Positions 37,962 through 47,420 of a stretch of 64,000 bases of DNA are shown piece by piece (position 1 is the first letter of the stretch; the number at the start of each line of letters is the position of its first letter). The stretch covers positions 34,033-98,032 of the forward strand of contig CAJXSZ010000010.1 of the NCBI GenBank assembly GCA_913060815.1, written 5' to 3'. Position numbers and translations under genes: made by a program. Source of the stretch: an uncultured Sulfitobacter sp. (lineage in GTDB: Bacteria > Pseudomonadota > Alphaproteobacteria > Rhodobacterales > Rhodobacteraceae). Below the pieces are notes generated by a model. The model searched no databases and was not told the DNA's origin. It saw nothing but the letters and a program-made list of their open reading frames with translations.

Positions 37962-39611
37962 ATGGCCGAGATTGAACGCGAAGCGATGGAATATGACGTT
38001 GTGATCGTCGGTGCGGGACCTGCGGGTCTGTCTGCGGCGATCCGTCTTAAGCAGCTTGACGCAGATATGAATGTTGTCGTGCTCGAAAAAGGCTCGGAAG
38101 TTGGCGCGCATATCCTGTCGGGTGCGGTGCTTGATCCCTGCGGTCTTGATGCGCTGATCCCCGACTGGAAGGAAAAGGGCGCGCCGCTCAACGTGCCTGT
38201 AATCGAGGATAACTTCTATGCGCTGGGTGAAGCGGGCGAAGTCCGTATTCCAAACTTCCCCATGCCGCCGCTGATGAACAACCACGGCAACTACATCGTC
38301 TCCATGGGCAATGTCTGTCGCTGGATGGCGGAGCAGGCCGAGGAAATGGGCGTTGAAGTCTTCCCTGGCATGGCGTGTTCCGAGATCGTCTATGGCGAAA
38401 ATGGCGAAGTCAAAGGTGTCGTCGCGGGTGAGATGGGTCTCGGCGCTGACGGCAAGCCTGGTCCAAGCTATGAGCCCGGTATGGAGCTGCACGGCAAATA
38501 CGTCTTCCTTAGCGAAGGCGTGCGCGGAAGCCTCTCCAAGCAGGTCATCGCCAAATACGATCTGGCCAAGGGTAAAGAGCCGCAGAAATACGGTCTTGGC
38601 ATGAAAGAGATTTGGGAAATTGATCCCGCCAAGCACAAGGAAGGCTCCGTCACCCACACGATGGGCTGGCCACTGGGTAAGAAGGCGGGCGGTGGCTCGT
38701 TCATCTACCACCTAGAGAACAATCAGGTCTATGTGGGCTTTGTGGTCCACCTTGGCTACAAAAATCCCCACGTCTTCCCTTACATGGAATTTCAGCAGTT
38801 CAAGCATCACCCGATGGTCGCGGAGCTTCTGAAGGGCGGTAAGCGCGTGGCTTACGGCGCGCGCGCCATCACCGAGGGCGGATACCAATCCATGCCCAAG
38901 ATGGTCGCACCTGGTGTAGCGCTGCTCGGCTGCTCCGTTGGCATGGTTAACGTGCCGCGCATCAAGGGCAACCATAATGCGATGCTTTCAGGCAAGGCGG
39001 CGGCCGAGGCTGCACATGCTGCGATCAAGGCTGGGCGCGCGGGTGACGAGCTGCCCGACTACGAAAAGGAAGTCCGGACAGGCGAGATCGGTAAAGACCT
39101 GTTTAAAGTCCGCAACGTGAAGCCACTTTGGTCCAAATTCGGCCTCACTGCCTCACTGGCCATTGGTGGCTTTGATATGTGGTGCAACACGCTCTTCAAC
39201 TTCTCGCTTCTTGGTACCATGCATCACGGCAAATCTGACGCCGACGCGACCGAGCTTGCGTCGAAGCATCCCGAGATTGCTTACCCCAAGCCCGATGGCA
39301 AGCTCAGCTTTGACCGTCTGACCAATGTGGCCTTCTCCTTTACCAACCACGAGGAAAGCCAGCCTGCGCATCTGACGCTCAAGGACGAAAGCGTGCCTGT
39401 CGAGGTGAACCTCGCGAAGTACGCAGGCCCCTCGGCGCGCTATTGCCCCGCAGGCGTTTACGAGTTTGTGGAGAAAGACGGCAAGGACGCATTTGTCATC
39501 AACTTCCAGAACTGCGTGCATTGCAAGACATGCGACATCAAGGACCCGAGCCAGAATATTGTCTGGACCACTCCTCAGGGTGGTGACGGGCCGAACTACC
39601 CGAACATGTGA
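37962..39611 (+). CDS. Electron transfer flavoprotein-ubiquinone oxidoreductase
   Basis: DVVIVGAGPAG, YCPAGVYE and NCVHCKTCDIKDP [4Fe-4S] motifs. Confidence 0.97.
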   Translation: MAEIEREAMEYDVVIVGAGPAGLSAAIRLKQLDADMNVVVLEKGSEVGAHILSGAVLDPCGLDALIPDWKEKGAPLNVPVIEDNFYALGEAGEVRIPNFPMPPLMNNHGNYIVSMGNVCRWMAEQAEEMGVEVFPGMACSEIVYGENGEVKGVVAGEMGLGADGKPGPSYEPGMELHGKYVFLSEGVRGSLSKQVIAKYDLAKGKEPQKYGLGMKEIWEIDPAKHKEGSVTHTMGWPLGKKAGGGSFIYHLENNQVYVGFVVHLGYKNPHVFPYMEFQQFKHHPMVAELLKGGKRVAYGARAITEGGYQSMPKMVAPGVALLGCSVGMVNVPRIKGNHNAMLSGKAAAEAAHAAIKAGRAGDELPDYEKEVRTGEIGKDLFKVRNVKPLWSKFGLTASLAIGGFDMWCNTLFNFSLLGTMHHGKSDADATELASKHPEIAYPKPDGKLSFDRLTNVAFSFTNHEESQPAHLTLKDESVPVEVNLAKYAGPSARYCPAGVYEFVEKDGKDAFVINFQNCVHCKTCDIKDPSQNIVWTTPQGGDGPNYPNM

Positions 39612-39708
39612 TCAATTATCGCGGCTTCCTGCCTATTCAAGTGGGGAGCCGCCATTGCGTGCCTGCGCAAACATGCTAGCCTGTTTGAAAAACAAAAGGC
39701 CTGAGCAT

Positions 39709-41421
39709 ATGCGAAATCTCCTGACATCATTAAGCGTTATTGCTCTGGTGAGCGTAGCCTCTGCGCCCGCCACGGCTGAATCACTGGCAGGCTCCTACCT
39801 TGCGGGCCGCAGTGCCGTAATTGATAACAATTTCGAAGCGGCGGCGCAGTATTTTGCGACCGCTCTTTCGCGTGATCCGCAAAATGTCGAGATATTGGAG
39901 CAGAGCGTGCTAGCCTATCTGGCGCTGGGCGATGTTGCGCGGGCTGTGCCCCCTGCAGAGCAGATCGTCGCGGCGGGGCAACGCTCACAGGCGGCACGAA
40001 TGGCGATCACCGCAGGTCTCGCAGGTACGGGTGACTTCTCTGCACTTGCCGAGCAAGAGGTCGAGCAACAAGGCATCAGCCAATGGGTTGATGGGCTTGT
40101 AAAAGCCTGGGCCCTGATTGGAATGGATGATGTCGATGGCGCGATGGCGCAGTTTGATACCGTCTCGACCGAGGCGGGCATGCAAGGCGTTGTGGTCTTT
40201 CACAAGGCACTCGCCTTCGCGACGGTGGGGCGCTACGCGGATGCAAACGCGCTTTTTGAGGGGGCAAGCGCTGGTGCAACTGCAGGCACGCGGCGCGGCG
40301 TGATTGCGCGCGTTGAAATCCTGTCTCAACTGGACCGCAATGCAGATGCTGTGGCGCTCATTGCAACCACGTTCAACGGCTCAACCGATCCCGAACTCGA
40401 TATTCTAATCTCGCGCCTTGAAGCGAACGAAACGTTGCCGTTTACCCATGCGCCCACGGCAAAGGCGGGGCTGGCCGAGGTGTTCTTTACCTTTGCAGCC
40501 ATTTTACAGGCCGAGCAGGCGAGTGACTATTTCGCACTGCTTCATGCGCGCATTGCTGCATATCTACGTCCCGACCACGTGGACGCGCGATTGCTGAGTG
40601 CGGGGCTTTTGGAGAACCTTGGCCAGTACAAGCTCGCGATGGAAGAGTATAAACAGGTAGATGCGGATGATCCTGCGTATCACGTAGCAGAGCTCGGCCG
40701 CGCCGCTGCACTGCGCCGTCTCGACAAGCCCGATCAGGCGATCGAGGTGCTGGACCAACTGACCCGCAGCCATGGTGATCTGTCGGTCGTGCATTCCACG
40801 CAAGGCGACGTTCTGCGGTCACAGGACGAGGACGCTCTCGCCATTGAGGCCTACACAAAAGCGCTTGAGTTACTGCCCGAAGGCGACAATCGCGCGTGGT
40901 TTTTGTATTTTTCACGCGGCATCGCGCATTCCCAGAATGGCGACAGCGTCGCCGCCGAGGAGGACTTCCGCGCTGCCCTTGCGATCAACCCCGACCAGCC
41001 ACAAGTGCTTAATTACCTCGGCTACTCACTGGTCGAAGAGCAGCGAAAGCTTGATGAGGCCCTTGATATGATCGAGCGTGCCGTCGCGGCCAGCCCTGAC
41101 AGCGGGTATATCGTGGACAGCCTCGGGTGGGTGTATTATCGGCTTGGCAGATACGCGGAGGCCGTGATCCAGATGGAGCGCGCTGTGGAACTGGAAGCCG
41201 TTGATCCCGTGATCAATGATCATTTGGGCGATGTTTACTGGGCCGTTGGCCGCCAGCGCGAAGCCCAATTCCAATGGAAGCGTGCCCTGTCGTTCATCGA
41301 ATTTGCCGATGAGGATACAGAGGCAGAGCCTGACCGCATCCGCCGCAAGCTTGAGGTCGGTCTTGATGTGGTGCTGGAAGAAGAAGGCGCCGCACCGTTG
41401 AAGGTGGCAAATGACGACTGA
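39709..41421 (+). CDS. Tetratricopeptide repeat protein, exported
   Basis: Signal peptide, TPR repeats, LNYLGYS and DSLGWVYY; usual position upstream of ispE. Confidence 0.9.
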   Translation: MRNLLTSLSVIALVSVASAPATAESLAGSYLAGRSAVIDNNFEAAAQYFATALSRDPQNVEILEQSVLAYLALGDVARAVPPAEQIVAAGQRSQAARMAITAGLAGTGDFSALAEQEVEQQGISQWVDGLVKAWALIGMDDVDGAMAQFDTVSTEAGMQGVVVFHKALAFATVGRYADANALFEGASAGATAGTRRGVIARVEILSQLDRNADAVALIATTFNGSTDPELDILISRLEANETLPFTHAPTAKAGLAEVFFTFAAILQAEQASDYFALLHARIAAYLRPDHVDARLLSAGLLENLGQYKLAMEEYKQVDADDPAYHVAELGRAAALRRLDKPDQAIEVLDQLTRSHGDLSVVHSTQGDVLRSQDEDALAIEAYTKALELLPEGDNRAWFLYFSRGIAHSQNGDSVAAEEDFRAALAINPDQPQVLNYLGYSLVEEQRKLDEALDMIERAVAASPDSGYIVDSLGWVYYRLGRYAEAVIQMERAVELEAVDPVINDHLGDVYWAVGRQREAQFQWKRALSFIEFADEDTEAEPDRIRRKLEVGLDVVLEEEGAAPLKVANDD

Positions 41422-42205
41422 GGTCTTCGCACCCGCCAAGGTAAATCTGACACTGCATGTAACGGGCCAGCGCGATGACGGCTATCACCTGCTCGACAGT
41501 CTGGTTGTGTTTGCGGATATAGGGGACCGTTTGTGGTTCAAATCCGCGCCGCAGATGCAGATCGAGGTAACAGGGCCTTTCGCCGATGGCGTCCCGACAG
41601 ACCGGCGCAACCTTGTCTGGCAGGCAGCCGAACTCGCGGGTTGGACGGGTCACATCACGCTTGAAAAGAACCTGCCCCATGGTGCGGGGATTGGCGGCGG
41701 CTCGTCTGATGCGGCGGCGGTTTTGCGGGCGTTTGGTGGGGCGGATCACGCCTTGGACCTCGGGGCGGACGTCCCCGTTTGCCTCAAGCACACGCCGCAA
41801 CGTATGCGGGGGATTGGCGAAGTGCTCGAGTCTGTCGAGACCTTGCCAGAGTTGGAGATCGTCCTCGTTAACCCGCGGGTCGTTGTGCCGACGGGAACGG
41901 TGTTTTCAGGGCTGCGCAGTAAACAGAATGAGCCGATGGGTGATGTGCTGCGCTCGTTCGGGGACGCGCCCGCATTCTGTGAATGGCTGGCTTCTCAGCG
42001 CAATGATCTGGAGGCTCCGGCACGTGAAGTCGCGCCCGAAGTCCGAGCTGCACTGGCCGCATTGGACGGCGCATTGCTGGCGCGCATGTCAGGGTCGGGG
42101 GCCACGTGTTTTGGCCTTTACACAGCTGGTGCTGCCGCTGCGGCTGCTCGAATAGCCCAAGCGCATCCCGACTGGTGGGTCGCCTCGGGCCGCGTGCTTA
42201 GCTGA
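41411..42205 (+). CDS. ispE: 4-diphosphocytidyl-2-C-methyl-D-erythritol kinase
   Basis: APAKVNLTLHV, PHGAGIGGGSSDAAA, LGADVPVC and MSGSGATCF motifs. Confidence 0.96.
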   Translation: MTTEVFAPAKVNLTLHVTGQRDDGYHLLDSLVVFADIGDRLWFKSAPQMQIEVTGPFADGVPTDRRNLVWQAAELAGWTGHITLEKNLPHGAGIGGGSSDAAAVLRAFGGADHALDLGADVPVCLKHTPQRMRGIGEVLESVETLPELEIVLVNPRVVVPTGTVFSGLRSKQNEPMGDVLRSFGDAPAFCEWLASQRNDLEAPAREVAPEVRAALAALDGALLARMSGSGATCFGLYTAGAAAAAARIAQAHPDWWVASGRVLS

Positions 42206-43181
42206 TCCGCTCTACCACGTAATCAGCCAGATCAATCAGCATTCCCTTAATCTCGTGATCGGGTAGGGGAGCAAGTGCTGCTTTGGCCTTCCCTGCCCAC
42301 ATCAGCGCGTCCTCGCGAGTCTGAGCCAGCGTGCCATGTTTGTTCAAAAGGCCGAGCGCGTGTTCGAGATCGCCGTCTTCCTGCTTGCCCTTTTCAATCG
42401 TGCGCACCCAAAAGGCATGCTCTTCCGTATCGGCCAACGCCACAGCTTTGATCACGGGCAGGGTCAGCTTTCGCTCACGAAAATCGTCACCAATATTTTT
42501 GCCAGTGGCCTCAGAGCCCTGATAGTCCAACAGATCGTCTACAATCTGAAAGGAAATCCCCAACGCGTCACCATAATCAAACAGCGCGCTAATATGCTCT
42601 TCAGGCGCATCTGCGATCACACCGCCCACTTGGGTCGCCGCAGAGAAGAGGGCGGCGGTTTTACCGCGCACCACCTGAAAATAGATATCCTCATCAGTCG
42701 CAAGGTTGCGGGCTGCGGTCAGTTGCAGCACCTCGCCTTCGGCAATCGTTGCAGCCGCATTCGACAGAATTTTCATCACCCGCATCGAGCCAGGTTCGGT
42801 CATCAACTGAAAGCTACGGGCGAACAGGTAGTCGCCGACCAACACGGAAGACTGATTGTCCCACAAAAGGTTGGCAGTAGGACGCCCGCGCCGCTGTGCG
42901 CTCTCGTCGACAACATCATCATGAAGCAGCGTGGCTGTGTGGATGAACTCAACCGTAGTCGCCAAATGAACGTGATAGGGGCCATCATAACCGCACAAGC
43001 GCGCTGCGGCCAAAGTCAGCATGGGGCGCAAACGCTTGCCGCCTGCTTCCACCAGATGGGCCGTAACCTCTGGAATGCGCGGAGCATGCTCGGACGACAT
43101 GCGCTCACGGATGAGCACACCTACAGCGTCCATATCCTCGCTCAGAGTAGCGCCGAGGCGCTCATGTGGTTTCTGGCTCAT
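42198..43181 (-). CDS. ispB: Polyprenyl diphosphate synthase
   Basis: GGKRLRP, LLHDDVVD (FARM) and FQIVDDLLD (SARM) motifs. Confidence 0.9.
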   Translation of the reverse strand: MSQKPHERLGATLSEDMDAVGVLIRERMSSEHAPRIPEVTAHLVEAGGKRLRPMLTLAAARLCGYDGPYHVHLATTVEFIHTATLLHDDVVDESAQRRGRPTANLLWDNQSSVLVGDYLFARSFQLMTEPGSMRVMKILSNAAATIAEGEVLQLTAARNLATDEDIYFQVVRGKTAALFSAATQVGGVIADAPEEHISALFDYGDALGISFQIVDDLLDYQGSEATGKNIGDDFRERKLTLPVIKAVALADTEEHAFWVRTIEKGKQEDGDLEHALGLLNKHGTLAQTREDALMWAGKAKAALAPLPDHEIKGMLIDLADYVVERIS

Positions 43182-43249
43182 TCAGTGGCTCACTTTTAAC
43201 GGCGTCCCGACGCTCGACAATTGGGCGCACGGCAGATTAGATCACAGGT

Positions 43250-43465
43250 ATGAAAGAACTTTTGCGCAGCACCGACCCCACGATCATCGCCTTTGCCTCA
43301 GCTCTGTTGCAAGGCGAGGATATAGCTTGCTTCTCGATGGACGTAAATATGAGCATCCTTGAAGGCGGCATCGGTATTTTCCCTCGTCGATTGATGGTGC
43401 GGGAGGATGATCACGACGCTGCGCTGCGCGTGATGCGCGACAACGAGATCGATCTGGGGTTTTGA
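43250..43465 (+). CDS. DUF2007 domain protein
   Basis: MKELLRSTDP...MSILEGGIGIFPRRLMV pattern. Confidence 0.88.
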   Translation: MKELLRSTDPTIIAFASALLQGEDIACFSMDVNMSILEGGIGIFPRRLMVREDDHDAALRVMRDNEIDLGF

Positions 43466-44202
43466 GCGAGGATGATCTGACCCGCGATGCCTTCCTCGGA
43501 GGAGGATTGCATCTCTGGCAGCCGCGTTCGGGATACCGCGCAGGCGTTGATCCTGTGCTGCTTGCAGCCACTATACCTGCGGTTTCGGGGCAACGGGTGC
43601 TCGAACTTGGGTGTGGCGTGGGGGCTGCGATCCTGTGTCTTGGCGCGCGCGTGCCAGCATTGGAACTGACAGGGGTCGAGCGTGAGCCGACCTATGCAGA
43701 CCTCGCGGAGCGCAACGGTCAGGGGTTATTGGAAGTTGTCACTGCCGATATCGCGGCTCTCCCTTTGACGTTGCGGCAGCGGCAATTTGACCATGTGCTC
43801 GCAAACCCTCCCTATTGGAGGCGCGACGCATCCGTGGCGACAAAGGACGCGGTGCGCGAGGCCGCACTTGGCGAGCAGACGCCACTTGCCCTTTGGATCA
43901 AGACGGCTTCAAAACGCCTCGCTCCCAAGGGGCAGCTGCACGTCATCCACCGTGCCGAGCGGTTGCCCGATCTGATCGCGGCCCTTCCCGCCGATATGGG
44001 CAGCATCGAGGTGTTACCCATCGCAGCACGGACGGGACGCGCGGCAGAGCGTATCATTCTGCGGGCGCGCAAGTCGGGGCGGGCGGATTTTCGCTTGTCT
44101 GCGCCCCTAATTCTGCATCGCGGCGCGGCCCATGTGAACGGGGATCAATTCACTGATGAGGTGCGAAGCGTCTTGCGCGCAGGGGCGGCGCTGACTTTTT
44201 AG
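43462..44202 (+). CDS. tRNA1(Val) A37 N6-methyltransferase-like SAM methyltransferase
   Basis: GYRAGVDPVLLA, VLELGCGVG and ANPPY motifs; TTGA overlap. Confidence 0.88.
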   Translation: MSEDDLTRDAFLGGGLHLWQPRSGYRAGVDPVLLAATIPAVSGQRVLELGCGVGAAILCLGARVPALELTGVEREPTYADLAERNGQGLLEVVTADIAALPLTLRQRQFDHVLANPPYWRRDASVATKDAVREAALGEQTPLALWIKTASKRLAPKGQLHVIHRAERLPDLIAALPADMGSIEVLPIAARTGRAAERIILRARKSGRADFRLSAPLILHRGAAHVNGDQFTDEVRSVLRAGAALTF

Positions 44203-44311
44203 GCGGCGTTTAGCAATTGTTTACCACCTTCCATGCTATGCTGCAGAGCGGCGTGACAAGTGATTCCGATCATGGTTCACTCCTTGCATGGCTTTAACAA
44301 CTGGAGGACGT

Positions 44312-44476
44312 ATGTCCCTTAATGCACATCTTGAGACGTTGAAAAAGAAACATCACGACATGAGCGAAGCGATTGAACAGGCACAGCGTGCGCCTGGCAT
44401 CGACGGCCTGAAAGTCGCCGATATGAAAAAACAAAAGATGCGCCTTAAAGAAGAAATTGCCCGATTGTCGGACTAG
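44312..44476 (+). CDS. YdcH/DUF465 family small protein
   Basis: 54 aa ending MKKQKMRLKEEI; GGAGG ribosome-binding site. Confidence 0.85.
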   Translation: MSLNAHLETLKKKHHDMSEAIEQAQRAPGIDGLKVADMKKQKMRLKEEIARLSD

Positions 44477-45343
44477 CTATTTCCTGGACATGCTGGCGCG
44501 CGCTGCAATAACTGCGCCGCCAGTGATCAAAAGTGCCGCCCACAGCAGTGTCATGCTGGGGGAGGCAATTCCCACAACGATCAGAACAAGCGTAGACAGC
44601 AGCGGTGCAGCATAGGAGCTGGTTCCGAGTAATTGAATGTCTCCTCGTTTGCATCCGATATCCCACACATAGAACGCAAAGCCGACTGGCCCTAGGCCCA
44701 GTCCCGCAATGCTGGCCCATCCTATTGCTGTTGCGGGCAGGGTGGTCTGCTCAAACATAAAATGGAGCGGGAGGGAGAGGAGTGAAGTTGCAAGACAGAA
44801 GACTGCAACACTCGCCGTAGGCGCATTACCGACTAAGCGAGAGAGCACGGAATAGCCTGCCCACGTGAAGGCCGCAGCTAGCGCCAGAAGATAGCCCGTC
44901 AAATGCTCTGCACTCAGCCCGACACCGCCTTCGGTAATGATGATCGCAGCGCCTGCAAAACCGAAAAGCGCTCCGATCACATGCCCTGCGCGCAACCGCT
45001 CGGATGGCAGCAGGCCCGAAAAGACAACGATGAGCAAAGGCCATAAATAGGCGATCAGCCCTGCTTGGGCGGCAGGGGCCGCGCGCAGAGCCGAGAAATA
45101 GAACAGATGATAGGCAAAGAGGCCCAAAGCGCCAAAGATATAGACCCGCAACGGCACGCGGCGCATGGCGCCGAAGCTGCCGGTTAGCCACGCCCAGACC
45201 AAGCCCACAACGCCGCCGATGCCGAAGCTGAGCGCGTTGAGCAACAGGGGAGGCGTGGGGGCGGACCCGACTGTGAACAGCGCCAGCAATGCCCACAAGA
45301 GCACAGCGAGAAATCCTGTAGCGGTTGCGCTCATACGGGTCAT
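44477..45343 (-). CDS. EamA/DMT family transporter (YddG-like)
   Basis: Ten TM; LIAYLWPLLIV and GDIQLLGTSSYAAPLLS motifs; ATGA-coupled to gcvA. Confidence 0.9.
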   Translation of the reverse strand: MTRMSATATGFLAVLLWALLALFTVGSAPTPPLLLNALSFGIGGVVGLVWAWLTGSFGAMRRVPLRVYIFGALGLFAYHLFYFSALRAAPAAQAGLIAYLWPLLIVVFSGLLPSERLRAGHVIGALFGFAGAAIIITEGGVGLSAEHLTGYLLALAAAFTWAGYSVLSRLVGNAPTASVAVFCLATSLLSLPLHFMFEQTTLPATAIGWASIAGLGLGPVGFAFYVWDIGCKRGDIQLLGTSSYAAPLLSTLVLIVVGIASPSMTLLWAALLITGGAVIAARASMSRK

Positions 45344-46278
45344 GAAGCGGCAAGGTCCAGAATGGTGAGGTTGTCGGTGATGTGCGCGGTCTTTTCAATC
45401 TCTGTCAAGATCCAGTCGCGGAATGTCGCGATCTGGGGGCGATTCTCCATTCCCTTGAGGCATAGAAAGCTGAAACGCGCACCCGTTGCAAGCGCGGTTG
45501 GAAAGGGCGCTACCAGTCGCCCCTCTGCGAGGTCCTTAACCACAAGAGCACGGCGACCCATCACGATCCCGACCCCTGCAAGGGCGGCATCAAGCGCGTG
45601 ATCTGCCTGGGAAAACCGCGGGCCTGATGTGGGGTTGTAGGATACACCCAGCGCGGCGAACCAATCGCTCCATGCAATCGGCGCTTTGAGGAAACGAACC
45701 GAATCGTCAAAAATGATGGGCGCGTGGGTCAGGCTCTCGATTGTCGGATACTGAGCGGCCAGTGCAGGCGTCATGACTGGCATGACCCATTCTTCAGCCA
45801 ATGGCAGGACATAGAGCTCTGGCGTGACGCTGCTGCTAAACCGGATCGCCACATCCACATTGTCGCGCATCAAATCCATACGTTGGAGCGAGGCGGCGAA
45901 ACGCAGCTCGATCTCTGGATGGGACTGAGCGAACTCATAGAGACGCGGTGCCAACCATTTGGCGGTAAACGCGGGCCCAGCTGTCACGGTGAGGGTTTGC
46001 GTGTCTTGCGTGCGCTGTGCGGCGCGCCACGCGGTGGCCAGTGTCTGAAACCCCTCTGCCGCACCACGTGACAGGGCGGTACCCGCCTCGGTGAGTTCAA
46101 CCGCGCGGTTGAGGCGGCGAAACAGCGGCGCGCCTAAATGCTCTTCAAGAGATTTTATCTGGAACGAGAGTGCAGCAGGGGTGACGTTTAGCTCGGCGGC
46201 TGCCTGAGCGAACGACATATGACGCGCAGCGGCGTCAAAAGCGCGCAAGGCAGTGAGGGGAGGGAGGCGGTTCGACAT
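45340..46278 (-). CDS. gcvA: LysR family regulator, GcvA type
   Basis: LPPLTALRAFDAAARHMSF...AAELNVTPAALSFQIKSLE helix-turn-helix. Confidence 0.9.
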   Translation of the reverse strand: MSNRLPPLTALRAFDAAARHMSFAQAAAELNVTPAALSFQIKSLEEHLGAPLFRRLNRAVELTEAGTALSRGAAEGFQTLATAWRAAQRTQDTQTLTVTAGPAFTAKWLAPRLYEFAQSHPEIELRFAASLQRMDLMRDNVDVAIRFSSSVTPELYVLPLAEEWVMPVMTPALAAQYPTIESLTHAPIIFDDSVRFLKAPIAWSDWFAALGVSYNPTSGPRFSQADHALDAALAGVGIVMGRRALVVKDLAEGRLVAPFPTALATGARFSFLCLKGMENRPQIATFRDWILTEIEKTAHITDNLTILDLAAS

Positions 46279-46280
46279 AT

Positions 46281-46303
46281 TCAGTTAAGTACAGCTTAAC
46301 TGA
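46281..46303. promoter_or_regulatory. Perfect palindrome, putative LysR recognition site
   Basis: TCAGTTAAG-TACAG-CTTAACTGA containing T-N11-A, 2 bp upstream of the gcvA ATG. Confidence 0.75.
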
Positions 46304-46402
46304 GGCGTTGGAAAGTCTCGTTTGTATAGAAGGTTTGTAAGGCCCATATTGATGTCAAGAAAGACACATTGATCCGAACCGGATCGCATCAGGAGACTTA
46401 GA

Positions 46403-46519
46403 ATGTTTGAAGCCACCACAAACCCCGCCGCCCGTACCGCCATGGACAACGCTCACGCTGCACGCGGCCAGATGATGACGGACTTCTTTTCATGGCTGCG
46501 CGCACCGCGCACACGCTAA
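46403..46519 (+). CDS. Putative 38-aa small protein divergent from gcvA
   Basis: MFEATTNPAARTAMDNAHAARGQMMTDFFSWLRAPRTR; AGGAG RBS upstream and a strong hairpin downstream. Confidence 0.7.
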   Translation: MFEATTNPAARTAMDNAHAARGQMMTDFFSWLRAPRTR

Positions 46520-46563
46520 GGTTTTTCCGCTGGTGGTGTGCACGCCACCTTACGGAATAAAAC

Positions 46564-46593
46564 GGGGCTGGCAGAGTGATCTGCCAGCCCCGA
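46564..46593. terminator. Bidirectional intrinsic terminator-like hairpin
   Basis: CGGGGCTGGCAGA-GTGA-TCTGCCAGCCCCG, perfect 13-bp stem between the convergent small ORF and phaB. Confidence 0.75.
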
Positions 46594-46624
46594 ATGCTCT
46601 TCAACCCCGTTAGGGTGTCATCGC

Positions 46625-47347
46625 TTAGACAAAGAATTGCGCACCATTCGCCGAGATGGTTGAGCCGTTGATAAAGCCCGCATCGTCGGAGACGAGGAAG
46701 GATACGGCGCGTGCAATCTCTTCAGGCTCGCCCAGACGGCCCGTAGGAATTTGTGCGATGATGCTTTCGCGTACTTTCTCCGGCACGGCCATAACCATAT
46801 CCGTCCCGATATAGCCGGGGCAGATTGCATTGGCGGTAATATTGGCGCGTGCGCCTTCTTGAGCCAGTGATTTCACGATACCCAGATCGCCCGCCTTGGT
46901 TGCGGCGTAGTTCACTTGAGCGAACTGGCCCTTCTGCCCGTTGATCGAGGAGATCACCACGATGCGGCCAAACTTGCGCTCGCGCATACCGGGCCAGACA
47001 GGGTGGATGGTGTTGAACACGCCTGTAAGGTTGGTGTCGATGACTTCTTTCCACTGGTCGGGCGTCATTTTGTGGAAGGGAGCGTCACGGGTAATGCCAG
47101 CATTCGCGACCACAACTTCTACGGGGCCCAGATCAGCCTCGACCTGCGCGATACCAGCAGCTGAGCTGTCATAGTCCGCGACATTCCATTTGTAGGTCTT
47201 AATACCTGTCTCCGCCGTAAATGCGGCGGCGGCTTCATCGTTGCCCGCGTAAGTCGCAGCGACAGTATAGCCTTTGTCTTTAAGCTCTTTTGAAATGGCA
47301 GCGCCGATCCCGCGGCTGCCTCCGGTAACAAGTGCGACACGCGACAT
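46625..47347 (-). CDS. phbB: Acetoacetyl-CoA reductase
   Basis: TGGSRGIG, NAGITRD, GQKGQFAQVNYAATK motifs; downstream of the thiolase. Confidence 0.95.
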   Translation of the reverse strand: MSRVALVTGGSRGIGAAISKELKDKGYTVAATYAGNDEAAAAFTAETGIKTYKWNVADYDSSAAGIAQVEADLGPVEVVVANAGITRDAPFHKMTPDQWKEVIDTNLTGVFNTIHPVWPGMRERKFGRIVVISSINGQKGQFAQVNYAATKAGDLGIVKSLAQEGARANITANAICPGYIGTDMVMAVPEKVRESIIAQIPTGRLGEPEEIARAVSFLVSDDAGFINGSTISANGAQFFV

Positions 47348-47386
47348 GTAATCCTCCCAATGGTAATGTTATTGCTGCGTTGAGCG

Positions 47387-47413
47387 TGGGCGCGCAATTA
47401 TATTGCGCGCCCA
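47387..47413. other. Intercistronic hairpin between phaA and phaB
   Basis: TGGGCGCGCAAT-TAT-ATTGCGCGCCCA, perfect 12-bp stem. Confidence 0.7.
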
Positions 47414-47420
47414 ACCATGC

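Noticed and set aside
44210-44224. CtrA-like TTAG-N7-TTAC upstream of the DUF465 gene
   Set aside because: Two mismatches; too weak without conservation data.
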